In this document: in pieces, positions 24,892-38,989 of the stretch
Layout of the letters: each line of letters opens with the position of its first letter
Position numbering within the stretch: the first letter of the stretch is position 1
Notes under the pieces: generated by a model
Told to the model about the DNA's origin: nothing
Seen by the model: only the letters and a program-made list of their open reading frames with translations
The model's database searches: none
Source of the DNA: Raja brachyura
Lineage: Eukaryota
Assembly: GCA_963514005.1 (NCBI GenBank)
Contig: OY740783.1
Coordinates: forward strand, 92,814,001 to 92,878,000
Direction: 5' to 3'
Length of the DNA: 64,000 bases
Position numbers and translations under genes: made by a program

Positions 24892-26429
24892 CGAAAAAAC
24901 AGGAAGCAGGGAGTAGATCTTTCTTCCATTCAGTACAATTGTGGCTGCTCATCTATTTCACTACCCCATTCCTACCATCTTACCATGTCCTTTAATGGCT
25001 CTGGCATTAAAAAACACACGTGCCAAAATACATCTGCCAATTATACACATATTTCAAATGACCTAGCCTCCGCTGCCGTCTATGGAAAGAATTTCACAGG
25101 TTCTGATTGAAGATTTGTTTTTCTTGATTGATGTTGAAAAAATGCATTCTGCATTTTCCGCACAGCTGGATTCTGGAGTGCAGTCATACGGAAATAAAAT
25201 GTCTGTCAGTTGAAAGTTTAGAGGTTTCACTGAGATTCCTTCTAGTGGGTAGGATAATCATGGTGACAAATTAATAGTAGGGGCTGACCAAAAAAATGAA
25301 GAGAAGAAATTTGTTTTATTATTGTCGAGTGTACTGTGGTACAGGTACATGGATAGGACAGGTTTGGAGGGATATGGATCAAGTGCAGGCAAGTGGGACT
25401 AGTGTAGCTGGGACATCGTTGGCAAGTTGGGTCGAAGAGCCTTTTCCCACACTATCAATCTATAACTGACTCTAAAAGCTTTTTTTTTAATTTTATACAA
25501 GAAACAAATAAATGTTTCTCGGATAAAAAATATAAAATGTTCGATAAACTCACCCTCAACAGCAACTGTGGAAAGGGAAACCAGATTTAATGTGTCAGGC
25601 ACTTGATGATTCACATTGACTTGGATAGGAAACAACCGTTGACCATAAACAATTCATTAACTGGATATTAGATTAACATTGCACGGTTGCCTTGATAGGC
25701 TTGATATGTACGAGGAGACTCGGGAGGGCTCTGATGAAAGGGCAGTGATCTGAAATGTTAGTTGTTATTCTGTCCATAAATAGTGCTCGACCTCCTGAGT
25801 ATTTCCAGCATTTTCCATTGTAATTTTAAGGTGGCCTTAGTGGGGGGGGGGGGGGGTTCTGTATATTTGGTGAATGTATATATTAAATTGGCAAAGAGAT
25901 GATTGGAACAATGTTGAAAGATCAGAACAAATAAGGGAAGAATTTTCTGAATTTAATTCAGGAGCATTTCAATGACGGGAATGTTTCACATCCAATGAAA
26001 AGATAGTGTTTGATCTATTTTTAGACACGAGTTGAACCAAATTGTCCATGTATCCTCCAAGATCAATAATCATTGAATGAGAAGCATTAAATTAATAATT
26101 GCAAGGAGCAAGAAAAAGTACAAAGTAAAGCAAAGTAAATTGAAAAATGGCCAACTTCAATGATGGAGACGGAACCTGGACATGTTGACAAATTTAGTTC
26201 ACCTAACTTGATCAAATTTTTCATGAGTAATATGGAGAGGAGATGAAAGGAATGCAGAAGATGCTCTTCGCATAAATTTTCCCTAAAGATGTTTGATAAA
26301 TCCTGTCCAAAAGGCTTGATCGCAAAACAGATCAATGGCAGCATAAATAAGAAATTATGTGAAAGGCAAATTACGGTAAATGGTTGGATTATTTGTCTTT
26401 AAATTGGAAGATAGTAGAGAATGATATCT

Positions 26430-27450
26430 CCAGTTTTCAACGGCAGGACCTATGTTTTCATTTTGTCGTTCTATTTTATTGACTCGAATGAGTGTGAAGG
26501 AAAAATATTCCATACTTGCAGTGGATACAAGGCATCGTAATTTGGTAAATAGCAAGGAGGATGCTTATAGATTGAAAGAGGATATAGAAAAGCTGCTCAT
26601 GTGAGCAGACAAGTGTCACGTGAAATTTAATGCAGAGAATTATGAAGTGATACACTCTGGAGAATAAACAACTTAGGGTGAGTGGAAATATTCTAAAGGA
26701 ATTGGTACCGCTGCATTGGTCCAGCAACCCAAATCTGATCCTGATCTCAGTATGGATTTTGCATGTTCTCGCTGTATTCTTTGCATTTCCTTTAGGTGCC
26801 CCAATTTCCTCTAATACCCCAAAGACATTCTGGCTGCTTCAAATTGACACTAGTGTAATGAGAGGCAGTAGAGGTGAGGAAGTGGGGGGATTTGGGAGCT
26901 GCTACACATGAAAGTGAAAGGATTACAGCAAAGTAAGTGGAGGGGATTGGAATGACAAGAAAGATTTCAGTGTTGGTATACTTCAAAGGGACAAATGGCC
27001 TCCTATACAAAAGTAGGAAGAACAGGAACCTTGAATGTGAAAGAGCATGTTGAGGGGGTGTGGTTAATGAAGCATATGGGATCCTTTGATACTTAAACAA
27101 AAGCACATAATATTAAAACAGAAACGTATTAACTTTAACTTATATGGTATGCTGCTCAGACTACAAGCAGAATAATTTACCAAGATGGCTCTAGGGCCAG
27201 TGATTCAGCTGTAAAGCTCAACTTGACAATCAGGAATTGTCCTACTTAGAACTTTGACAAAGAGGAAATTTGAGGTGGATAAGTTCATGACTGGTGTAAA
27301 CAGGACAAACAGATGGGATTTTCTCTCATAGGTAGATATTCAGACCCTAGAAGTGTATCGTTTATTATTGAATACAAGGGGGAATGTGAAGAATAATGTT
27401 ATTCAAATGAATCTGAATGAACAGCCTAAATAGGTGGAAAAATTGTTACC
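26430..27450 (+). mobile_element. Old CR1 fragment interrupted by a decayed HE1-like SINE (about 26700-27010)
   Basis: Degenerate KFADDTK- and FNAEKCEV-like coding traces. V-SINE-like GGTGCCCCAATTTCCTC..CCCAAAGAC. Confidence 0.5.
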
Positions 27451-28305
27451 AATACAATACAATCTGTTTTATTCATCACATTGCACATAAAGTGCGAGTG
27501 AAATGAATTTGCCAGCAGTGGAACAATGATAAAGACCAGTGTCTTTTGGAGAATTAAAAAAAACACTTTAATGAGTAATTTGCAGGATTATGGCAGGAAC
27601 AAATGGTGAAATGGGGCAATTGGCATAGATGATGGACTGAATACTTCCCCCCCTATGCTACAATATTTCTATCATGCAGATTGTTAAAATAGTCTCCAAT
27701 GGCATTGTGCAAGTTTTAAGATATGGTTATATGGAAGAAAATTATAGAGGAAGATAATACCCCCTATACAGTAACTCGTGTTCTGGCATATGATGTAGGA
27801 AACCAAATATCTTCTGTTCAATTTTCCACCCTTAAAAAAATTCATAATGGTGATTAACTCACTTGGGTACATTCTTCTTTTTTTGTTTTCAAGGCAGCTC
27901 AGTGACAATCGATAAAATTCTTAGGATCTTCAAAGCATTAGTTAGTTTTATGAGGGTATAAAAATTGGGGAGTTAAAAAAAGAAAAAAAGGAGTTAACTC
28001 TTCAGCTTCCTCCATCTGCTGCACCACCTGTCACTTGCATTATCTGACCCTACAAGTACAGTGCTCCATTGTTGGTCTTGCAGATAAATTCTGCAAATAA
28101 ATATTTCATTTACATCTACAGGAAGTTTGGTTCTTTAAAGTTTGCATCACCTGTATTGGCTGGGCACACTCACCTTCCCGTCTCCAGCAGACTCTTCTTC
28201 CATCAGCTATTTATTTCCAGGTGTTATGGCCAATTACGGAGACTCTTGTGCCTTTTTTGTCGAAACCTTTGAAACTCAGCCCAAATGCATTTCCAATTGC
28301 CATAA

Positions 28306-29960
28306 GCGTTTTACACACGCGTTGATAGGGAGAACTGATGTGCCTTCTCGAGCCGCCATTCACTGTGATGGTATTTCAGTCACAGAGGCCGACATCAGAA
28401 AATCCTTCAGAGGGGTGAACCCTCAAAAAGTGCCTGGAACTGATGGTATACTCGGTCGTGTTCTAAAAACCTGTGTGGACCAACTGGCTGTAGTTTTTAC
28501 GGACATTTTCAACCTCTCACCTCTGAGGTCTGAGGTCCCCACCTGCTTTAAAAGGGCATCAATTATGCCGGTGCCCAAGAAGAGCAAGGTGACATGCCTC
28601 AATGACTATCAATCAGTGGCACTAATGTCTGTAGTGATGAAATGCTTTGAGAGGTTCATCATGGCGCGAATCAAGTCCCACCTCAACAAAAACCTGGACC
28701 CTCTGCAGTTCGCTTACCGCCACAACAGATCAACGGTGGATGCGATCTCGCTGGCTCTCCACTCTGGACCACTTGGACAACAAAAACTCATATGTGAGGC
28801 TGTTATTCATTGATTACCGCTCGGGATTTAATACAATCATCCCCACCAAGCTGGTTACCAAACTCGCAGAACTGGGTCTCTGCTCAGTCCCCTGCAATTG
28901 GATCCTCGACTTCCTCATTCACAGACCACAGTCAGTTCGTATTGGTGGAAATGTGTCAGCTCAATAACAATCAGCATGGGAGCACCTCAAGGCTGCGTGC
29001 TTAGCCCCATGCTATACTCGCGCTATACTCATGACTGCGTAGCCAGTCATAGTGCGAACTCAATCATCAAGTTCGCTGATGATACCACTGTTGTGGGACG
29101 TATCACTGATGGGGCGAGTCAGAGTACAGAAATGACATCAACTGGCTTAAAATGGTGCCAGCACAATAACCTGGCCCTCAACACCAGCAAAACCAAGGAA
29201 CTGATTATGGACTTTGGAAGGGGGAAGATGGGGACCCACAGTCCCATTTATATCAACGGGTCGATGGTGGAAAGGGCCAAGAGCTTCAAATTCCTGGGCG
29301 TGCACATCTCTGAAGATCTCTCCTGGTCCGAGAACACTGATGCAATCATAAAGAACGCCCATCAGCGCCTCTACTTCCTGAGCAGATTACGAAGAGTCGG
29401 TATGTAAAGGAGGACTCTCTCTAATTTCTACAGGTGCTCAGTGGAGAGCATGCTGACTGGTTGCATCGTGGCTTGGTTTGGAAACTTGAACGCCCTGGAG
29501 CGGAAAACACTACAAACCGTAATAAACACTGCCCAGTCCATCATCGGCTCTGACCTCCCATCCATCGAGGGAATCTATCACAGTCGCTGCCTCAAAAAGC
29601 CTGGCAACATCATCAAGGACCCACACCATCCTAGCCACACACTCATCTCACCACTACCTTCAGGTAGAAGGTACAGGAGCCTGAAGACTGCAACGACCAG
29701 GTTCAGGAACAGCTTCTTCCCCTCAGCCATCAGGCCATTAAACTCGGCTCGGACAAAACTCTGAACATTAATAGCCAATAATCTGTTTATTTGCATTTTA
29801 TCAGTTTAATTATTCATGTGTGTATATATTTATGCAATGGTATATGGACAGACTGATCTGTTCAGTATTCGGTATCCGTGCCTACTATGTTCTGGTGTGC
29901 CAAAAGCAAGAATTTCATTGTCCTATCAGGGACACATGACAATAAAACTCTTGAACTTGA
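28306..29960 (+). mobile_element. 5'-truncated, frameshifted Rex1/Babar-clade LINE
   Basis: RT pieces [31 protein letters not shown] and T-RFRNSFFP (ORFs 28142, 28647, 28898, 29441). Ends in AATAAA plus a (TTGAAC)n tail. Confidence 0.93.
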
Positions 29961-31699
29961 GATGACAGCACCTCCACGGTGGATATCTTTGATGATTTAA
30001 CCATTGGCGAGTCCATGATATATCCCTGCCATTTTGAGTAAAGTTAACTCAAAACAACATTTATGCTGTGTAATTGGGCACATTTCAGAACTTGTCAAAC
30101 AGTGTTTATCACCTTGTCATAAAGGTTGCTATTCCATGCTTCTGGAAGCAGTAGTTCCATTAGTCAGTTTGTTCTGGTGTAAAGGGTTCATGTTCATAGA
30201 GTAGAATGCAAAGTCTGACAATGTCGTACAGTTGTACTTTCATTTAACATGTTAAATGTTGATTGTTCCAGGTGCTTAACATCCCTAAGGGGTTGATTCC
30301 TTTCCATTCCTGATGTTGATTTTGATTTCAGGGAAGATTCTCAATGATAGATTGTAAGCCGAAGTATGTGATGCTCTAAGTGTTATCTGAATTGTAAAGT
30401 GTTTATTTTGCATTGTGACTCCTTGGTTTCTCCTATATAACAGCTATTTAAAAAATGTCCTTATCCTGACCCAATTCACAAAATGTGTGACAGAACTGGT
30501 AATAAATTAGTTCGGACATGACATCTTGGTTTCTTCCTTCCTCATCTCCTATGGAGCAGAAGTATCGCTGGGAGCAGCTGTGACAAATTCTAATTAAATG
30601 CTACCCGAATGATGTGCAGAAAAACTGCTTGGTTTGTTTAGTCTTTCACATTCCTGTCTACCACTCACTTACTTCATATGTATGTTCTGGCAGGGATCCA
30701 CTTCACCCAATTCTCCTCTCCAGAATTATTGGCGTTTCCCATATCAAGCAACCTACAATTAGCTGCTCTCACTCTTCCTGCTCTCATGAAATTTAGTACT
30801 GAAATACTACAGTTAGTCACAAAAAACATTGTTTTTCATTGGGAGTCAGCCTGTTGCTGGAAGAATGATCCAACGGGAAATTCTGGGGAAATTATGTAAC
30901 CACTAGATACATTTTATATCTTCTATGATAATGCGATGGAAAAAAAATGTATTTCATGAGTATGTGATTATTTTCTCACAATCAGTTCCTATATGCATTT
31001 CCTAATGAGTTTGATGGTACTGACAGTAGTAAAAGCACAACAAATTAGCTTTGATCGTTCATAGAGGCCAGAAATAAAATGATCTATATGCACTTCCAAT
31101 TATAATTTGCTAGAAGTTAAACTGTACAAACTATGTGAGGAGCAGGATAAATTTGGCTGTAAAAATTCAGTAATATAGTCTGTTGACAAATTGTCCAAAA
31201 ACCCATTTAGAACTGACATGACAAAACTCAGCAAGAATGTAATGGCCCATAGAAAGAAAAGCAATTGGTTATCAGAGCATAAATCAGACATCATTTCCAA
31301 AATCCAGACACAAGCAGTTAGATCCAGAAATAAACTGTCCAAGTTGAATTGTTCCCCCAGAACAATTCACGTACGTTGCCATTTTAGCATTAATAGAAAA
31401 AAAGTGATTGTACAAGTTACCCACCAGATGTCCATGAAGTTCAAAAATAACTCATGGATTTGCCCATTCAAATATTAGTGTAATTTTAATGGGGGCCTTT
31501 GCTCTTAATCTACGTTAAACTGCCTCTCTGGCACTGAAAATTAACTTTTAAAATATTTATTTCCTTTCAATAATTAAATAATTAAAATAAGATGATTGGG
31601 AAAGATTTAAGAGCATTTAAACTGCATTTCTCCTGCTCTTGCATTCAGCATCGTCCTGTTAATAGTGGCTCAGGCAGAAAGCTATAGGTTCAAGTCGCA

Positions 31700-32212
31700 A
31701 ATGGTACCATTGCACTTGTAGTTAGTGTATTGCGTTTGGTTTTGGTAACCCTGCTGTGGGAAAGGTGCTATTAAGCTGGAAAGAGTGCAGAGAAGATGTA
31801 CAAGGATGTTGCCAACATGAGCGACAGGGAGAGGTTGGGCAACCTTGTACTTTATTCCTTGGAGCAAAGGAGGCCAACGGCAGATCCTATATCAGCATAT
31901 AAAATCATGATGGGAAATAGATAGACTGACTGCACATAATCCTTTTCAGATGAATTAAGAACCAGAGGGCAAATATTTTAAGGTGAGAGGGGAAAGCTTT
32001 GACAGAGGATGGTGGGTATGATCTGGAATGATGTGTCAGAGGGAGTAGTTGAGGCACATACAATAACAATACTTAAAGGACATTTGGACAGGTTCATAGG
32101 AAAAGAGGGGCATGGGCCACACTGACGTAAATAGGACCACCTTAGATGCGGCATCATGGTCGGCATGACTGAATTGGGCTGATGGGCCTGTTTCCATGCT
32201 GTATAACTTTAT
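31700..32212 (+). mobile_element. Decayed CR1 3' fragment
   Basis: GAGTGCAGAGAAGATGTACAAGGATGTTGCC...GGGCCTGTTTCCATGCTGTAT. Confidence 0.75.
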
Positions 32213-32219
32213 AACCGAG

Positions 32220-32435
32220 TACCACTCCAGAGACTTAAACATTTCAGCCTAGTACTAATGAAGCATACTTCCTCAAATCATAGCCCCATCTGTTTGCTTG
32301 GATGAACATAAAACATCTCACATCGCTAATTTGAAGGGAGCAAGATAATTATTTCCAGCCCCAAGGCCAGTATACATCCTGTAGCAAATATCATCAAACA
32401 GATAATCTATAATCATGTTATAGTTTGTGGCTATT
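32220..32435 (+). mobile_element. Ancient DeuSINE-like (SacSINE1/AmnSINE1-type) remnant
   Basis: Degenerate resemblance, from memory, to the Deu core: CCCATCTG..TAAAA-ATC-CA..TTTGAAG-GAGCA..AAACAGAT-ATCT..GTTTGTGG. Confidence 0.45.
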
Positions 32436-33167
32436 GATAAATAGATTATCAATTCTCTTCACTTTCAGTTACACTTTCCTCTCTGAACAAAAAGTACTTT
32501 TGTCCGTGTACAATTTGAAAATAAATTTAACTACTTTTGCTTCAGCTATCTGGCTCAAGCATTACACCTTTCTGTAGGGATTCTTCACACTAATTAGTCA
32601 AGGAGAGACTGTCTCGTGTTCACAAATCCTGGATATACCATCGGAGGCACTATACCGTTTTAGTTCCAGTGCAAAGATAGTCCAAAATAAATCATTCATA
32701 TACCTCTCATTCCAAAATACAAGTTAAAATGTTCAAAAGTAACAGAATTTTGTCAAGGAGAGAAAATTAGAATGCCTTGCAGAATGCCAACCTGAAATTT
32801 AGTGAATCTGCAGTTTCTAAATCCTCCAAGTCATGCTAATTCTGAAGTCTCAGTTCAATGAAAACCTGAGTGGACTCTGCCAATAAAAATAATTGGTACT
32901 ATTTACATTTTTAGGTCCAAAAGGAAAATAACATTTTCAGTAAATCATCTGAAAAAGCAGATGGTTTCAGGCAAATATCTTTCTAAATTCCCTTCTTGTT
33001 TTGAAGTTGTTACAGGACATGATAGGTCAGTTTCTGATACCATAAATAACTGATGTGTACAGGTTCATAAGGTACAAACGGACAATCAGGATATTCTGCC
33101 ATCTGATCACCAATGTTCTGGTGACAATAAGCATTGAAATTTGCAGCTCCCAAAAGATGGTGGCGCA

Positions 33168-34239
33168 TCTATACATAACTAAAACTCTGATATTGTGCAC
33201 TTCCGGTTTGCAGGATTTATCTATTTGGTTAAATACGGTACATGATAGCACTACAATTTTTCATCAGGCTACTCACCGTGCTCCTGTGCCGCGAGTGCAA
33301 TAAGTTTTGTTCTGATCAGTGGTATATTTTAAAAGTTATCGAGGTTTAAAAATCTTACAAATTGTGCATGCACAGATTCCCTCAGTCAGCGCCACACAGA
33401 TTGGTCTCTTCTCCTGTCAGTCAATGCCAGGGCCGGGATGGCAACGCCCCTTCCTGCCCCACCAGCGATGGCCTGTCCCGTCTCACTTACAAACTCCTCT
33501 CTCTCCTCCTCACAGGAACTTGTCTACCATCTCCTGCACCACTGGAAGAGGTCGCAGGGGAGGGGTTCAGTGGAGACCCCGTGGAGGCCCTGGTCCTGTC
33601 TCTCTCTCTCTCCCCCTCATCACTTACCCCTCTCCCCGCCCACCCTCTGCGACAATGGCAGCCCCGTCTACCCATACCCCCAGGGTCCGTCTCCTCTGCC
33701 GCCGCTGGCTGAGGGTAGAGGAAAGGAGAGGGAGGGAGAGGTGAGGGAGGGATTGGGAGATGGAGGAGAGGAGGGAAAAGGTACTGGGGAGGTGAGGAGG
33801 GAGAGTGGGGGAAATAGAGGGAGAGGAGGGGGGAGTGGGGGAGGTAGGGAGTGGGGAATAGAGGAAAAGGAGGGCAGTGGAAGAGAACAGGGATTGTGGG
33901 GGGGGATAGGAGTTATGGAGAGAGGAAGGGAGGGAGGGAAGGTGGGAGGGTAGGGGAACGGAGAGGGAGGGATTGGGGGAGGGGAGGAGGAGATAGGAAG
34001 AGGGAGGGTGAATAGGAGGGGGGGAGGGAGTGCCGAGGGATGCCGAGGAAATAAGTCGTGCCTGCGCAGCTGGGGGCTATCTATGCATGAGTGTTGCAAT
34101 ATTGCATGGGGGGGGGGGGGGGGGACAGGTTGCATTGGGGGAAACGCGTGAATGGTGGAATATTACATTGGGGAATGGGTTGCATTGGGGGACCAGGCCT
34201 CATGTATGACAGGGACCCTTCGGGTTCCACCTAGTCTAG
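33168..34239 (+). mobile_element. Complete non-autonomous Helitron (1072 bp)
   Basis: Lies between A33167 and T34240 with no TSD. It has a 5' TC, a 3' CTAG and a subterminal hairpin GGGACCC-TTC-GGGTTCC (34212-34228). Confidence 0.88.
33716..34030 (+). repeat. Polypurine (G/A) low-complexity tract
   Basis: About 310 bp almost entirely G/A with many GGG runs, inside the Helitron. Confidence 0.85.
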
Positions 34240-37200
34240 TTTAAACAAAGTATCACTTGGTGAAGTGAAAATAAGATAAAAGCAGCCTGAAGCAAACAAA
34301 ATGGTGTTGGAGGTTGATGCAAAAATCACGTTGCTATAATGGTTAAATTGGATATTTCAATGATATAACAAGGTATTGCAATAGAGCAGGCTGGTAGGAT
34401 TGGTATAACTGCTTATTTGGTGGGGAAATTAAAGTATCAACTGATGGGACAAAAACGTTTCTATACCATACTATCCTTTTAGATCTATATGAAAATAGCT
34501 GTCCACAATTGAGTGTATTTTTGCAGGAATTTCTTTGAATGCAACCTATGAAATTCTGTATTGATCATCACTGTGTAGTTATGCTTATATATGCAAGTAC
34601 ATGAATTATTAAATCATTAACTTCAAAAGATTATACTTGACCTCACTATTCTCCAAACAGCATCTGTATAGTGATACTGAAACATAGCCATTCAGAATAA
34701 TTAATTACAATTCACACTGTTAACTAGAAAACTGCAAAATTAACGTTTTCAATATTGTAATAATTCCAGATGACAGCAGATTTTAGAATGGCAAGCGACA
34801 TTGGGATCATTTACTTCACACTGAATTATGTGCACACGGTTTTCCGTCCAAATGCAATACAGCATTTTGCCCACTGCAGTGACATAATTAAGGTTTTTTG
34901 AGACGCCACCTATATGCATTTGAGATAAGAAAATAATCAGCCTGGGAGGCATATCAATTAAACGTTTTCTCCAACATCCTATAGAACTTCCATCATTAAC
35001 CCTCCTGATTCATGCAACTTAGTTGCACCTCCCAGTTTAAAAATAGTGTCCATTTCAGGAGTCGATGACTATTATTGTTGGCACAGAAAAAAAATCAGGG
35101 CCAGCAACAAGACTGGAGAAAATCAATTACCTTCTCAGGTTGGTGACCTTCCAGCAGAAATAAAAGATCATTGACCTAAAGTGTTTTGCTGTGTGGAGTT
35201 GTTACGTTTAGGATTAAGTATAATCAATGTGGACCGACTTTAACTTAGATATCCAGAATTGACATTTTTTTTTGCGTTAGCATTTATATGGTACTTTACA
35301 ATAAGATATACGAGGGGAAATAACACCTAACGGAGGGTCCCGGCCATCCTCTTGTCTTCACAGATGCTGCCTGACCTGCAGAATTTCTCCAGAGTTTTTG
35401 TTTTGCTATCTAAAATGCTGTTTCAATAACTGATTTTGCACAAACTGCATCGCTCAAATTCTAAAAACCATAAGGGTAACTGCAAAAGAACATTCAGGGT
35501 ACATTCCAGTGATTTGGGTTTCGTATAGTCTCAGCTGAACCAATCAGAAATAAAAGTACTGAAGCATGTGTTATACATATCACATTAGCAAACTTTTCCA
35601 GGATTTCAGTTTGTAAGCTGTGCCCTTCGGAGCTTAGTAAGTGGCTTAGTGGTAGAACTGAATGGATAAAATGATTGACTACTTAGTTCATTAAAAGAAC
35701 ATTCAAGCTCTTGTGAATGCTAAAGAGTCAGCTTGAGTGCTGCGCTATGAAGCAATAACTCAAACTAACCAATATCCTTAATTTAATTACAGATAGGCAA
35801 TGACTTGTTCCAGTTTACACACTTTACAATAATTCTCTTTTATATTATTGACCTTAAAATAAAATCATATTTTACCACTGTACTGCATACAGCTCAACTG
35901 CTGCAGTTAATTAGTTAGAATGATAAATATATTGTCACACTGATTCAACCAATACAACTTGCTTAACACCAAATGCACAGATGGCAATTCACCAGTAGCT
36001 ATTCTCAGTAGAGCAATCTTGCTATTCTAGTAAACGTGCTATAAACAAAACAACATCCCAGAACACTTCAGTTGATCCATGCAGCCAGGCTTTATTGCTG
36101 TATAACTTGAAAATAGATGTTTTGGGCTGTACAGCCATAAAGTCTCAATAGTTTACTGCTGTGGCATATGCCAATATCAGCCCAGAAGCTCAGATGTGAA
36201 AAATGACCTTAAAATCAAAGCAGTCCTAATGGAAGGAAAACACACCAACTCTCCACATTATTAAACCTTGCAGGATTTTTTACCACAGTGTAAAACATAT
36301 CTTTAAGTCCCCTGGAGGGCAGCTTTTGTGCAGTTATTGAATATACCAGAGACAGATATTTTTAATGCGACTTCATTCAGTTCAGTCAGTTATCATCTCT
36401 TTACTGGGTGCAATGAATAAAACAAGTTGCTTTTTTTTCTGAGAGAAAACTATAAAGTGAAGCACATCCAAATATAGTTTTATCAGTCCTTTTTTTGTGT
36501 AATGCTCTCTATCACATGAAAAGCAAGGGCAGAATACACTGTGCAAGTCATAAGGAAGAATTAAAATATAGAGGGATTAGGAAAGTGACCCACTTCTATT
36601 TTTGGGTGGTATAATGTCTCTTTTTCCCTACCTACCACAAAACCAGAATACTCACCAACACTCAAAAGTGTTTGTATTAGTCTATTCCAAAAAAAAAGTA
36701 TTTCCTAATTAAAATACTTCATTTTACATGGGGATATTGAGGCATCAATTCAATTGACACACAAGTATTTTACTATTTATTGTTTCCTGAAGCCTTTCCA
36801 GGACAGCAAAATGACACATAAATTATAGGTGGACATTATCCTATATGCTCCTTATAGCAAAGGAAACCTACACGCAATTAATCTTCACAAGAATTATTAC
36901 ATCCTTAAAACTTGCTTTTGTCCCCGAGACACCACATAAAATAAAGGAAACTTGAAAATTACCTTCTTCCAAAATAAGTTTTAACTGAATATTAACAATG
37001 AAGAGCTTTGTTTTAGCTTTCAGCTGTCATAAATCGTGACACATTTGGTAATCCAATGATTTGTTCAATTGCAATCCTTTGAAAATGAAGAAGCTAAAAT
37101 TCATTTTTCCATGCGAGTGAAAGGAGCAATTTGCTTAAAATCAGCAGAGAAACATATTCCTAACTGCTCTGAAGTCCCATCTTTCATTGTAATTATAATC

Positions 37201-38989
37201 CTGCAATCTTCAAATCGTATCTACAGTATGAGAATAACACTATGTAGTTTTATAAAGCTGCTCCAAACAAACGGAAACATTGAGCTACAAACAAAATGTA
37301 CACTGGAACCAAAATGAATTGTGTGTGCAATATCACTGCACAAGTTTGTTTGCAGCTTTGATCTTTTTATCATATCAATCATACAGCCACTCCATGTTAG
37401 ATTCTTTCACATCTCTCCATGGATTTAGATGTCACAGCTCTATATGGATCTGACAAATCAGTGTTCGTTCTGATAAATCACTTATGCACAAAGGAATGGA
37501 ACCCTATTTGTTAATTTGACTGTGGCTCAGTCTGAAAGGGTGGAAGGATTTTGATCCTTCCATTTTATCAGATTAAACAGCTTACTTAATATTATTAAGG
37601 AACTATAACTGAAATGCATTTAACAGCTTAATCTGAATGGTATCTTTTCTGAGATTCTTGCTATCGTTTGCACTGACAGCTAACCTAGATTCCATCTCTC
37701 ATCTTCTCAATTGAACCTCAAGGGAAGACAAAATATATTTTGCATTGCACTTTGCCTAAAGGGCTTTTGGTAAAATTTAATTTTCCTACTGCATTGATTT
37801 TCCCATTATAGCATGCAACAGCCGAATAGAATCTCACAAGACTTTACAAATAGAAAAAAAGTATTTGATTTTGTCAGGTGATATTACGACTATATAAGAA
37901 TTAAACACATTTTCTTTCCACAAGATACAATTGTTCCATCATACTAATTTAAAGACAAGCTTATTTTACATGTCAAACAGCTCTTACATTTGATTTAGTT
38001 TCTGGATGCACCTGTTCCCATGAAAAAAACTCTAGCCAGGTCTAATTCGTAGTGATTCACAGAGGAGACCTTTACATGCAGCAAAGCTTTTCTGAGCAGT
38101 TTGCTAGAGTTCTGTGACTTGCAGTTCAATGAAAATGAATGACTTCCAATCTGCTGGGAGTTAACCACTTAGTCATTCCAACCTGAGGACAGAACATTGC
38201 ACAGAGGTACAAGGTCACAAGCCCTTGTCACATTTATTCTGTCTAATGAGGTATCAGAAGCACTGAACTAGTTCAAAAGTCTACAGTGAGGTAGTCCGGT
38301 GCTAAAATTGGAACATTATTTTCAGCCAACAGATTTTGAAACTCAGAAAAATATAAAACAGATTTGCTCCATACCCTGGATATCATTGGGTAATACCCTG
38401 ATATAATTTTAAGAGTTGAAAACTAGATTTGTACTTAATTAAGATGTTATTAATACCCCATTGCTGAGCAGCTGAATTATATTTCTGATACCAAACAAAT
38501 AAAAATCTTACTTCTTAAATATTAATTACCAAGCAAATATTTGCAGAATGTCACTTAGTTCAATGGGTCCCTACTTTAAATGAACGCAAAGGACAAACTA
38601 CTCTGAGCATCCACGTTAGCTGTCACTTTTAGTCAATCTTGTCAAACATTCATGTTTGAATGAACATTACAAAAGTTAGTAAATCTTCCCAATATTTTTA
38701 TCTGAAAATATATTTTTTACAGCCTTGTGTTGGATTAATGAGAAATGGCAGCAAACATGCCATTCGTAATTCATACTAAAATCAGAAAGACGACTGTTGC
38801 TGAAGACGAGGAAACATTTGCATCTCGTTTTTGGCAATGAATTCGTTTGTGAAGTATATAGACTGTTAAGGTTGACAGAATATGTCCAGCAGCTACTATT
38901 GATTTATTTATGGAATTTGCACTTTCACCCTCAATTTATGAAGGCAATTAAAACTAATTTTCTGTACGAAGTATCGCGGTTATTTGGTT

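Noticed and set aside
33319-34135. Long Pro-rich and Gly/Glu-rich ORFs
   Set aside because: They arise from the stop-poor polypurine tract in the Helitron.
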